Positions 16,042 through 27,507 of a stretch of DNA of 32,000 bases are shown in pieces. The position numbers were made by a program, and so were the translations under genes. How positions within the stretch are numbered: the first letter of the stretch is position 1; each line of letters opens with the position of its first letter. This stretch comes from Halomicrobium mukohataei DSM 12286. GTDB taxonomy: Archaea > Halobacteriota > Halobacteria > Halobacteriales > Haloarculaceae. The notes under the pieces were generated by a model, which was not told the DNA's origin, did not search any database, and worked only from the letters and a program-made list of their open reading frames with translations. The stretch covers positions 1,530,001 to 1,562,000 of the forward strand of contig NC_013202.1 of the NCBI RefSeq assembly GCF_000023965.1, given 5' to 3'.

Positions 16042-17472
16042 CTACTTGTAGCCGAGCGCCTCCAGTCTGGCGTCCAGATCCTCGTCCATCTCGTCGTCGA
16101 TCTCGCTTTGCTCTGCCGCGTGCAGCAGGTCTGCGTGGGCGTCGACGAGGGGCTCGAACGCCTCGATCACGGCCCTGGCCTCGGCGTCGGGACCGTCGGA
16201 GCGGTCGTCCTGTTGGCCGGGGTCCGAGGGCCGGTGGTACAGCTCCCGGTCGCCGGTGTCGACGTTCTCGATGTAACTCCAGTCGCGGTCGCGGACGCTG
16301 ACGAGGAGGTCGCCGTCGTCGAGCGACCGCGGGATGGGCTGGTCGGTGACGTCCTCGCCCCTGACCGTGACCGAGACGACCGGCTCGTCGGCCGGTTCCT
16401 CGCCGTCGAGGACGGCGGGGGCGAGCGAGTCCCCGCGCCACTCCGCTGGCGGAGAGACGCCCGCGAGGTCGGCCACCGTCGGTGGGAGCGAGTCGAGACC
16501 GACCTGTCTCTCGACGCGCCGACTCTCTGCGCCCGGTACGTCGACGATCAGCGGCACGCGGATCAGCTCGTCGTACAGCTTCGGGTAGTGTGCCAGGTGG
16601 CCGTGGTCCTGGAACTCCTCGCCGTGGTCGCCGGCCAGTACGACGGCGGTGTCGTCGTCGTGGCCGTGTTCCGACAGCGCGTCGAGCACTCGTCCGAGGC
16701 TGTCGTCGACCTGCCGGACGGCGCTCTGATAGAGCGTCCGGAGGTTGCCAAGCGTCCGGTCGCCGACCTCCCAGCCCAGCCCGGCGTGGAGGTGCGCCAG
16801 GACCATCCGGTGGGTCCCGAAGCGGTCGGCAGACACCTCCCGGATGTACCGCGGGGCCGGAACGTACGGCGTGTGGGCGTCCATGTAGTGGATCCACAGG
16901 AAGAACGGCTCCGAGGCCGATTCGAGGAACGAGGTCGCCCCCTGTTCCACGTCGAACATCCGCGAGGTGTCGAGGAACGGACGGTGGCTGTCCGCCGACG
17001 AGAGCCACGAGCGGGCGCGGCGAAACGGCGAGGTCGCCAGCTGGAGCCAGGCCTCCACGGTCGGATGGGTCGCGAGATAGCGACTGTAGATGCTGGAGCC
17101 CACGCTGGCGACGAAGGAGTCGAACTCGTCGAAGCCGTCGTCGTATCCCCAGTGTTCGGTCAGGAATCCGTTGGCGGCGTTGAAACCGCCGGTGTCGAAG
17201 CCCGCGTCCGCGAGCGTCTCCGCGAGCGTCTCGACGCCCGTGACGCCGATCTGGCCGTCGTCGGCGAACACCGGCGAGGAGGCCAGCATCGAGGGAAACG
17301 AGAAGGGAGTCCAGTTTCCGTTGGCGAAGGCGCGCTCGAAGACCGTCCCCCGCTGGGCGAGTTCGTCCATGACGGGTGTGTGGCGGTCGCTGTCGTACGG
17401 ACCGATGGCGTCCGCACGGAGCGAGTCGACCGTGACGAGGACGACGTTCGAGACGCCGGTTTCGGAGTGCAT
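16042..17472 (-). CDS. sulfatase-like hydrolase/transferase (alkaline-phosphatase superfamily)
   Basis: From Met91 of ORF 16042..17742: MHSETGVSNVVLVTVDSLRADAIGPYD...TPVMDELAQRGTVFERAFANGNWTPFSFPSMLAS...WIHYMDAHTPY...VLAGDHGEEFQDHGHLAHY. I see no C/S-x-P-x-R formylglycine motif, so it is probably not a classical arylsulfatase. The upstream extension is poly-Arg noise. Confidence 0.8.
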   Translation of the reverse strand: MHSETGVSNVVLVTVDSLRADAIGPYDSDRHTPVMDELAQRGTVFERAFANGNWTPFSFPSMLASSPVFADDGQIGVTGVETLAETLADAGFDTGGFNAANGFLTEHWGYDDGFDEFDSFVASVGSSIYSRYLATHPTVEAWLQLATSPFRRARSWLSSADSHRPFLDTSRMFDVEQGATSFLESASEPFFLWIHYMDAHTPYVPAPRYIREVSADRFGTHRMVLAHLHAGLGWEVGDRTLGNLRTLYQSAVRQVDDSLGRVLDALSEHGHDDDTAVVLAGDHGEEFQDHGHLAHYPKLYDELIRVPLIVDVPGAESRRVERQVGLDSLPPTVADLAGVSPPAEWRGDSLAPAVLDGEEPADEPVVSVTVRGEDVTDQPIPRSLDDGDLLVSVRDRDWSYIENVDTGDRELYHRPSDPGQQDDRSDGPDAEARAVIEAFEPLVDAHADLLHAAEQSEIDDEMDEDLDARLEALGYK

Positions 17473-17696
17473 AGGTGAGACGTGTCGCGACCGCCGCCCG
17501 ACTGGAGAGTCCCGCAGAGACTCTGAGACCGGTTGGACGGCGGCTAACGAACTGGTTCTACCTAGTAACACGTGGAAGCGGACTTTATCGTTCCGGTCCG
17601 CTGCACAACTATTCTGATCGGTGATACGTCGTGTCGCCGGGCCCGGTGGCCGCCGGGGATCGGTGCGTTCATTATCGCGAGGGCGGCGGATGTGGT

Positions 17697-18518
17697 ATGA
17701 ACGTCGACGACGCCGTCGTCGCCGCGCTCGTCGGGCTGGCACAGGGCGTCCTCGAATGGTTGCCCGTCTCCAGTGAGGGGGGCGTAGCGATCCTCGTCAC
17801 CGCGCTCACCGGCTCGACGCCCGCCGTGGCGACACAGCTCGCGCTGTTCGTCCACGCCGGCACCGCGTGCTCGGCGCTGGCGTACTACCGGACGGAAGTC
17901 GGGACGGTGCTCGCTTCGCTGCGGGAGTGGTCCCCTCGGACCGCGTTCGAGGACGACACGGCGGACCTCTCCTTTCTCGCCCTCGCGACGCTGGCGACGG
18001 GCGTGACCGGGCTACCGGCTCTGCTGGTCCTAGAGACCGTCGTCTCGGAGCTGACCGGCGGCGCGTTCGTCGTCCTCGTCGGGGGCCTGCTGGTCCTGAC
18101 GGGACTGCTCCAGCGGTTCGCCGCCTGGGTGTCGCTGGGCACGAGCGAGACGCCCGACTGGCTCGACGCCGTGCTGGTGGGCGGGTTGCAGGGAATCGCG
18201 ATCCTTCCGGGAATCTCCCGGTCGGGGACGACCGTCAGCGCGTTGCTGTTGCGCGGCCACGAGGGCGAGTCGTCGCTCCGACTTTCCTTCCTGCTGTCGA
18301 TCCCGGCGGCCCTCGGCGCGAACGCGATCGTCGTCCTCAGAGAGGGCGTGCCGGTCGTCTCGCCGGCGGCCGCCGCGGCCGCGCTGGCGGTGAGTGCCGT
18401 CGCGGGCTACCTCACAGTCGGGGCGCTCGTCAGTCTCGTCCGGCGCGTCCCATTCTGGGCAGTCTGTGTCGGCTTCGGCGGACTCGCGATGCTGGGCGGT
18501 GGCCTGCTGGTAGTCTGA
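17697..18518 (+). CDS. uppP: undecaprenyl-diphosphatase family (UppP/BacA) polyprenyl-PP phosphatase
   Basis: From Met23 of ORF 17631..18518: MNVDDAVVAALVGLAQGVLEWLPVSSEG...GIAILPGISRSGTTVSALLLRG, with both UppP signature motifs and about 8 TM helices. TTCATTATC (17668-17676) lies ~25 nt upstream. Confidence 0.88.
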   Translation: MNVDDAVVAALVGLAQGVLEWLPVSSEGGVAILVTALTGSTPAVATQLALFVHAGTACSALAYYRTEVGTVLASLREWSPRTAFEDDTADLSFLALATLATGVTGLPALLVLETVVSELTGGAFVVLVGGLLVLTGLLQRFAAWVSLGTSETPDWLDAVLVGGLQGIAILPGISRSGTTVSALLLRGHEGESSLRLSFLLSIPAALGANAIVVLREGVPVVSPAAAAAALAVSAVAGYLTVGALVSLVRRVPFWAVCVGFGGLAMLGGGLLVV

Positions 18519-18560
18519 CGCCCACGACCGGCGACGAGGGAAGGTGTCGGTCTGAAGGAC

Positions 18561-18567
18561 TTATATA
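18561..18567 (+). promoter_or_regulatory. TATA box of cheF paralog A
   Basis: TTATATA followed by CC, 40 nt upstream of the ATG at 18601. The same TTATATWCC ... GCAACGT arrangement recurs upstream of paralog B. Confidence 0.5.
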
Positions 18568-18600
18568 CCGGTAAACGCAACGTTCGTGACGAGCGAGGAG

Positions 18601-19464
18601 ATGAGCAGCGAAGAACAGAAGCTGGTCGACACTGCGGGCGACTACATGTACGCCGTCAAGGGCGGCACGCCGGTCGATGACCCACAGTGGCGCTCCTGTC
18701 GGCTCGTCATGACCGACAAGCGCCTCGTGTTGGCCAACAGCTCCGGCAAGCAGGCCCTGCCCCACAGCAACATCGAGGTGGTGGGCGAGGAGGAGCTGCC
18801 CGCGTCGGTCGACCCAGCGGGGGCGACGCCGATGCGCATCGGCGACAACGTCGTGCTGTTCGACGCCGCCGACGTCTCCGACTTCGAACTGGAGTACTGC
18901 CGTGCCACCCTCCACGCGACGGTCATCCTGACGAAACACCCCGCCGTCGTCGGCGGCGTGATTCAGGACGAAGCGACCTGGCGCAAGACCAGATTCCAGC
19001 TCGACGACGACGTGATCACGCTGGCGTTTCCAGGCGGCGAGGAGACGACGTTCGCAGTCGACGACGTGGGGACCGTCGAGACGAGCGAACAGGCGGTCAT
19101 GGGAGAGACTCGGACCATCCTGGAAGTCGAGCACACCGACGAGGACGACCGCAGCGTCGAAACGTACTTCTCGGGGATGGACCACCACACGACGGCCCTT
19201 CAGTCGCTGTTCGAGCGAGTCATCGAGGAGCGAGAGGGCGACTACGAACTCGACGAGATCGAGAGCCAGGTGTTGATGGCGCTTTACTCCGGCGTGTCCC
19301 CGTTCGAGATGTCTGACTTCGTCGGAATTCCCGTCGACGAAGTCGAGGAGATCTACCGGAAGCTACTGGACGTGGGAGCGGTCGACGAGGTGCGTACCCG
19401 GACCGAGGTCAGCCTCAACGCGCAGGGACGCAACATGGCCAGCGAGGCGATGAACGAGCAGTAG
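18601..19464 (+). CDS. cheF: archaeal taxis protein CheF family (DUF439), paralog A
   Basis: 287 aa from the ATG at 18601 (it aligns residue-for-residue with the N-terminus of paralog B, so it is preferred over the GTG at 18586). Motifs I associate with CheF: ...WRSCRLVMTDKRLVL..., ILTKHPAVVGGVIQD, ILEVEHTDE, and a C-terminal HTH-like LMALYSGVSPFEMSDFVGI...RTEVSLNAQGR. Assigned from memory of the family, not by search. Confidence 0.7.
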   Translation: MSSEEQKLVDTAGDYMYAVKGGTPVDDPQWRSCRLVMTDKRLVLANSSGKQALPHSNIEVVGEEELPASVDPAGATPMRIGDNVVLFDAADVSDFELEYCRATLHATVILTKHPAVVGGVIQDEATWRKTRFQLDDDVITLAFPGGEETTFAVDDVGTVETSEQAVMGETRTILEVEHTDEDDRSVETYFSGMDHHTTALQSLFERVIEEREGDYELDEIESQVLMALYSGVSPFEMSDFVGIPVDEVEEIYRKLLDVGAVDEVRTRTEVSLNAQGRNMASEAMNEQ

Positions 19465-19511
19465 ACCACACGGGCGAGGCCAATTCTCCCGTCCAAAAAC
19501 TGGGGCGGAAG

Positions 19512-19518
19512 TTATATT
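19512..19518 (+). promoter_or_regulatory. TATA box of cheF paralog B
   Basis: TTATATT followed by CC, 48 nt upstream of the ATG at 19560. GCAACGT lies downstream of it, inside the small stem GGGCA-ACG-TGCCC. Confidence 0.5.
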
Positions 19519-19559
19519 CCCCAGAGTGGGCAACGTGCCCGTAACGACCCCGGACCAGC

Positions 19560-20420
19560 ATGAGTGACACCGAGAAGAAGATCGCGGACACGCGCGGGCA
19601 GTTCATGCAGGCGGTCCAGGAGGGGCGCGAACTCAACGACGCCTCCTGGACGGCCTGTCGGATCGTGCTCACGACACAGCGACTGGTCCTGATCTCGGAC
19701 GGGAAACGACAGATCTCGCTGCAGTCGATCGACCGGATCGCGGATCGACACGACGTCAACCAGGCCAGTGCCGGCGTCTCGAACTACGTCGCGCTCCACA
19801 TGGGTGAAGACGTGGTGCTGGTCTCGGCGGGGGAACACGAGGCCTTCGAGACGGATCTGTACCGGGCGTCGCTGAACGGCGAGATCATCCTCGTCCAGCA
19901 CCCGGCCGTCGAGGGGGGCGTCGTCCAGGACACCGAGTGGACGAAAGGTCGGATGAAAGTCACCGACGAGGCCCTGCAACTCGCACTTGCAGACGGACAG
20001 GCAGTCGAGGTCGAACGGGCGGACATCGGGGGACTGACCATCGAGGACAAGACCGTTTCCGGCGAGGAACGGACCGTCATCGAAGTCGAACACACGGACG
20101 AGGGCATCAGCGTCGAGACCCACCTCGCTGGCGAGGAGTTTCACGCGACCGTCCTGCAGGTGATGCTCGAAGAGAGCGCCGAGCGAAACCAGGCCGATCT
20201 CGACCTCTCCAGTACGGAGCGGCGAGTCATCATGGCGCTACACTCGGGGGTCTCTCCCTTCGACATCCCCAGTTTCGTCGGGATCGACATCGAGCAAAGC
20301 GAGGAGATCTTCGATCGCCTGATCGAACTCGACGTGATCAGCGTGGTCCGCGAGCGCACCGAAGTCCAGTTGACGACGAAGGGACGGCGCGTCGCCGGGG
20401 AGAACATCAGCGAGCAGTGA
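19560..20420 (+). CDS. cheF: archaeal taxis protein CheF family (DUF439), paralog B
   Basis: 286 aa, collinear with paralog A: WTACRIVLTTQRLVL, ILVQHPAVEGGVVQD, VIEVEHTDE, IMALHSGVSPFDIPSFVGI...RTEVQLTTKGR. Confidence 0.7.
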   Translation: MSDTEKKIADTRGQFMQAVQEGRELNDASWTACRIVLTTQRLVLISDGKRQISLQSIDRIADRHDVNQASAGVSNYVALHMGEDVVLVSAGEHEAFETDLYRASLNGEIILVQHPAVEGGVVQDTEWTKGRMKVTDEALQLALADGQAVEVERADIGGLTIEDKTVSGEERTVIEVEHTDEGISVETHLAGEEFHATVLQVMLEESAERNQADLDLSSTERRVIMALHSGVSPFDIPSFVGIDIEQSEEIFDRLIELDVISVVRERTEVQLTTKGRRVAGENISEQ

Positions 20421-20524
20421 TCGACCGAGACTGCGGGTAGGCACTGCCTACGGCCGCCGCCGGTCAGATCGACGCCAGTAGGGGGGGCAAAACGTTCAAA
20501 CGTCCGCTGAATGATTAGTTTCGT

Positions 20525-21718
20525 ATGAGCGTACGAACCGCCGTCGTCCTGGCGGCCGGTGAGGGAACGCGACTGCGCCCGCTGACGCGCAACCGTCCCA
20601 AGCCGATGTTACCCGCGGGGAACCGCCCGATTCTCGAATACGTCTTCGACGCACTCGTCGAGGCCGGTCTCGACAGGATCGTCGTCGTCGTCGGCTACAA
20701 GCGCGATCGCGTGCAAGATCACTTCGGCCCGTCCTACCGGGGCGTCCCCCTGCGCTACGTCACACAGCGCAAACAGCTGGGCAGCGGCCACGCCCTCCTG
20801 CAGGCCCGCGACGCGGTGTCCGGTTCCGTCCTCGTGGTCAACGGCGATCGAGTCATCGACGGCGAGACGGTCGGCTCCGTGATCGACCACTTCGAGACCG
20901 ATCCAGAGACGCCGGCACTGGCGGTCTTGGAGCAGCGGGACGCCAGCCACTACGGTGCCGTCGACCTGCGGGACGGCGATCTCGTCTCGATCGTCGAAAA
21001 GCCCGAGACCGACGAGTATCGTCTGATCAACGGCGGCATCTACGCGTTCCCCGAGTCGATCTTCGACGAGATCGAGGCCACGCCACGGGCAGAGGGCGAG
21101 CTGGCACTGACCGACACGATCGCACGCCTGATCGACTCCGATCGGGTCCGCGCGGTCACGACCGACGGCCTGTGGGTCGACGCGACGTATCCCTGGGACC
21201 TGCTGACGGTCGCCCGCGAGGTGCTCGCCCGCGGACGGGTCACGGAGTCGAACCGTCGGGACAGTGTCTGGGTCGCCGACTCCGCGCACGTCCACGAGGA
21301 CGCGACGCTGCAAGCGCCGGTCGTGGTCGGTCCGGACTGCGAGGTGGCGGCGGGGACCGTGCTCGGACCGGACGCGGCGCTGGGAGCGAACGTCACCGTC
21401 GGCGCGAACGCGACGGTCCAGCAGTCGGTGCTCGACGCGGACACGCGCGTCGACGCGGGCGCGACGCTGGTCGATACGGTCGCCGGACAGGACGTGACAC
21501 TCGGCGTCGAGACGGTCGTCCCCGGCGGTCCCGCGGACGTACAGATCGGGACCGAGGTGTTCGAAGACCGGACGCTCGGTGCGGTGTTCGCCGACCGCGT
21601 GACGACCCGAGGGAACGTCTCGGTGTCGCCCGGGACGCTGGTCGGCCCGTCGGCGACCCTCCACGCGGGCGTTCACGCCTTCGGCCACGTCGCCGAGGAC
21701 GCCGAGGTGGTCCGCTGA
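20525..21718 (+). CDS. glmU: bifunctional sugar-1-phosphate nucleotidylyltransferase / acetyltransferase (archaeal GlmU-like)
   Basis: 397 aa with the N-terminal NTP-transferase motif AVVLAAGEGTRLRPLTRNRPKPMLP and a C-terminal left-handed beta-helix hexapeptide region (VVVGPDCEV..GTVLGPDAALGANVTVGANATV...). Its stop overlaps the glmS start (TGATG at 21716-21720). Confidence 0.75.
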   Translation: MSVRTAVVLAAGEGTRLRPLTRNRPKPMLPAGNRPILEYVFDALVEAGLDRIVVVVGYKRDRVQDHFGPSYRGVPLRYVTQRKQLGSGHALLQARDAVSGSVLVVNGDRVIDGETVGSVIDHFETDPETPALAVLEQRDASHYGAVDLRDGDLVSIVEKPETDEYRLINGGIYAFPESIFDEIEATPRAEGELALTDTIARLIDSDRVRAVTTDGLWVDATYPWDLLTVAREVLARGRVTESNRRDSVWVADSAHVHEDATLQAPVVVGPDCEVAAGTVLGPDAALGANVTVGANATVQQSVLDADTRVDAGATLVDTVAGQDVTLGVETVVPGGPADVQIGTEVFEDRTLGAVFADRVTTRGNVSVSPGTLVGPSATLHAGVHAFGHVAEDAEVVR

Positions 21719-23553
21719 TGTGCGGGATCATCGGCTGTGTCGGCCGGGCCGACGAGACCCTCGACGTACTGGTCCACGGGCTCTCGAAGCTGGAGTACCG
21801 CGGCTACGATTCGGCCGGGGTGGCGCTCGCCGACGACACGGTCTCGGTCGCCAAGCGGTCCGGCGAGATCGACGAGCTGCGCGCGCTGCTCGACGAGACG
21901 ACGATCGACGGCGCGGTCGGGATCGGCCACACGCGCTGGTCGACCCACGGTCCGCCGACCGACGCCAACGCACACCCACACGGGGACTGCACCGGCGACG
22001 TGGCGGTCGTCCACAACGGGATCATCGAGAACTACCAGTCGATCCGGGACGAACTGGTCGCCGACGGCCACGAGTTCGCCTCCGACACCGATACGGAAGT
22101 GATCCCACACCTCGTCGAGGACGCGCTGGCAGACGGGGCGGAACCGATGGCGGCACTGCGGCGGGCCCTCGATCGCCTGGAGGGGAGCTACGCCGTCGCC
22201 GCGGTCGTCGCCGGCAGGGAGGCGGTCTTCGTCGCACGCAACGACTCGCCGCTGGTGCTCGGCCTCGACGAGGAGAGTCAGCCACACGACGAGTCGACGG
22301 CCACCGGTGGGGCGACGCGAGCGACCTACCTCGCCAGCGACGTGCCCGCGTTTCGGGACTACACCGACCGGGTCGTCTACCTCGCCGACGGCGAGTTCGC
22401 GCGTCTCGACGCCGAGGGCTGGACCGTCACCGACGGCGACGGGACCCCCGTCGAGAAGGAGATCGACACCGTCGCCTGGGACGCCGAAGAGACCGGCAAG
22501 AGCGGCTACGATCACTTCATGCTCAAGGAGATCCACGAGCAGCCCCGAGCGCTCCGCCAGTGTCTCCGGGGTCGCGTCGACGAACTCGGTGCGGCCGTCG
22601 ACATCGAGGATCTCGGCGACCTCTCGCCGACCGGCGTCCAGTTCGTGGCCTGTGGGACCTCCTATCACGCCGCGCTGTACGGCGCACAGCTGTACCGACG
22701 GGCCGGCATCCCCGCTCAGACCTTTCTCGCCAGCGAGTACGCGACCGCACCGCCGCCGATCGGCGACGCCCTCGTGGTCGGAGTCACCCAGAGCGGCGAG
22801 ACCGCAGACACCCTCTCGGCGCTGCGGGAGGCTCGCCACCGCGGAGCGCGCACGATGGCCGTGACAAACACCGTCGGCTCGACCGCGGCACGCGAGTGCG
22901 ATCACGCACTGTACATCAGAGCCGGCCCGGAGATCGGCGTCGCCGCCTCCAAGACCTTCGCCTCGCAGCTGGCGGCGCTGAACCTCCTGGCGCTCGGGAC
23001 CGCGCCGGTCGACCGCCCCCGCGAGACGATCGCCGGACTGCGTGACCTGCCGGGACAGGTGCAGGCGCTGCTGGACGACTCACGTGCCAGCGCGGTCGCC
23101 GAGCAGTACCAGGACGCCGGGGCGTACTTCTTCGTCGGCCGCGGACACCAGTACCCCGTCGCGCTGGAGGGTGCACTGAAGATGAAAGAGATCACCTACA
23201 AGCACGCGGAGGGGTTCGCCGCGGGCGAACTCAAACACGGCCCGCTCGCGCTGGTGACCGACGACACCCCGGTGTTCGCGGTCGTCGTCGGCGACGGCGA
23301 ACAGGCTCGCAAGACCGTCGGAAATGTCAAAGAGGTGGAAGCTCGCGACGCGCCTGTCGTCGCCGTCACGGACGGGCGAAGCGACGTAGAGCGATACGCC
23401 GACGAGGTGCTGGAGATTCCCGAGACTCACCCCGAAGCGGCCGCGGTGCTCGCGAACGTCCAGCTCCAGCTCGTGTCGTACTACACTGCGAAGGGGCTTG
23501 GCCGATCGATCGACAAGCCCCGGAACCTCGCAAAGAGCGTCACCGTCGAGTAG
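21718..23553 (+). CDS. glmS: glutamine--fructose-6-phosphate aminotransferase (isomerizing)
   Basis: MCGIIGCVG... (N-terminal nucleophile Cys2), two SIS domains (ACGTSYHA..., GVTQSGETADT), and the diagnostic C-terminus KPRNLAKSVTVE. The true start is internal to ORF 21172..23553. Confidence 0.95.
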   Translation: MCGIIGCVGRADETLDVLVHGLSKLEYRGYDSAGVALADDTVSVAKRSGEIDELRALLDETTIDGAVGIGHTRWSTHGPPTDANAHPHGDCTGDVAVVHNGIIENYQSIRDELVADGHEFASDTDTEVIPHLVEDALADGAEPMAALRRALDRLEGSYAVAAVVAGREAVFVARNDSPLVLGLDEESQPHDESTATGGATRATYLASDVPAFRDYTDRVVYLADGEFARLDAEGWTVTDGDGTPVEKEIDTVAWDAEETGKSGYDHFMLKEIHEQPRALRQCLRGRVDELGAAVDIEDLGDLSPTGVQFVACGTSYHAALYGAQLYRRAGIPAQTFLASEYATAPPPIGDALVVGVTQSGETADTLSALREARHRGARTMAVTNTVGSTAARECDHALYIRAGPEIGVAASKTFASQLAALNLLALGTAPVDRPRETIAGLRDLPGQVQALLDDSRASAVAEQYQDAGAYFFVGRGHQYPVALEGALKMKEITYKHAEGFAAGELKHGPLALVTDDTPVFAVVVGDGEQARKTVGNVKEVEARDAPVVAVTDGRSDVERYADEVLEIPETHPEAAAVLANVQLQLVSYYTAKGLGRSIDKPRNLAKSVTVE

Positions 23554-23574
23554 CTACGGCGGGCAGCTCCCGTC

Positions 23575-26862
<3,288 letters not shown>

Positions 26863-27101
26863 TGTCCGTGGGGAGTCCGCACATCGTAATAAGCCCGGCG
26901 ATAGGATACGAAGATCGAAACCGAATTTCGAATGTCGTAATGTGGTGGTGTCGCATGGGTAGTCGTGACACCGCCGACTGCGAGGCAGCTGTGCGAGGAC
27001 GCTCGCTTGGAAACTGCCTTGCTTGCAACGCGGTCGCGACCTCGCAAACGGAACGGTCACGCCTCACGAGACCGGTGAGCGGACAAACGCCGTCTGCCCG
27101 G

Positions 27102-27332
27102 TCAGTTGTTCCGGTCGGCGAACTGGTACCGGTAGGGCTGGTCCTGAATGACTTCGACCTCACCGGTCTGTGCGCGCCGACCGAGCACCGTCGCGACGCG
27201 GTGGGCGCTGTCGAACTCCTCGCCGTGCTCGTCGAGGACCTGCAGGATCTCACGCGCCGTCAACGGCTCGTCCGGGTCGGCGTCTTCGAGCACCGATCGA
27301 ATTCGCTCGAACTCGCCGTGCCGTGTGCGCAT
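27102..27332 (-). CDS. small acidic protein, possibly winged-helix-like (function unknown)
   Basis: MRTRHGEFERIRSVLEDADPDEPLTAREILQVLDEHGEEFDSAHRVATVLGRRAQTGEVEVIQDQPYRYQFADRNN. The start is 27332 or 27338. A TTATAT box (27358-27363, minus) ~28 nt upstream argues against the 27359 start in the ORF track. Confidence 0.6.
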   Translation of the reverse strand: MRTRHGEFERIRSVLEDADPDEPLTAREILQVLDEHGEEFDSAHRVATVLGRRAQTGEVEVIQDQPYRYQFADRNN

Positions 27333-27357
27333 GTGCATACATACGCCTTCACACACC

Positions 27358-27363
27358 ATATAA
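27358..27363 (-). promoter_or_regulatory. TATA box of the small CDS 27102..27332
   Basis: The minus strand reads GGTGTTATATGG, with the box ~28 nt upstream of the ATG at 27332. Confidence 0.45.
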
Positions 27364-27507
27364 CACCGTCAGACAGCCGTCAGACGGCGTTCTGGGTAGA
27401 ATCGCCGGACGGCGAACTGTCGGAAGATGCAGACAGCTGTCATACGCTATCGGCGGCAGATCTACGTTCTACGAGGATATCTATATATCTCTCGTCCCGA
27501 CCACGAC

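Noticed and set aside
20481-20487. G7 homopolymer between cheF paralog B and glmU, together with the palindrome GTAGGCA-C-TGCCTAC (20437-20451), as a possible phase-variation or regulatory site.
   Set aside because: It is intergenic, so slippage would not shift a reading frame. A single short run and one 7-bp palindrome are not distinguishable from chance.
27369-27443. 24-codon minus-strand micro-ORF (MTAVCIFRQFAVRRFYPERRLTAV) downstream of the TATA palindrome.
   Set aside because: It is too short, its composition is not haloarchaeal-like (basic, not acidic), and it overlaps the direct-repeat and promoter region of the next gene. I kept it only as a remark under the TATA-palindrome finding.
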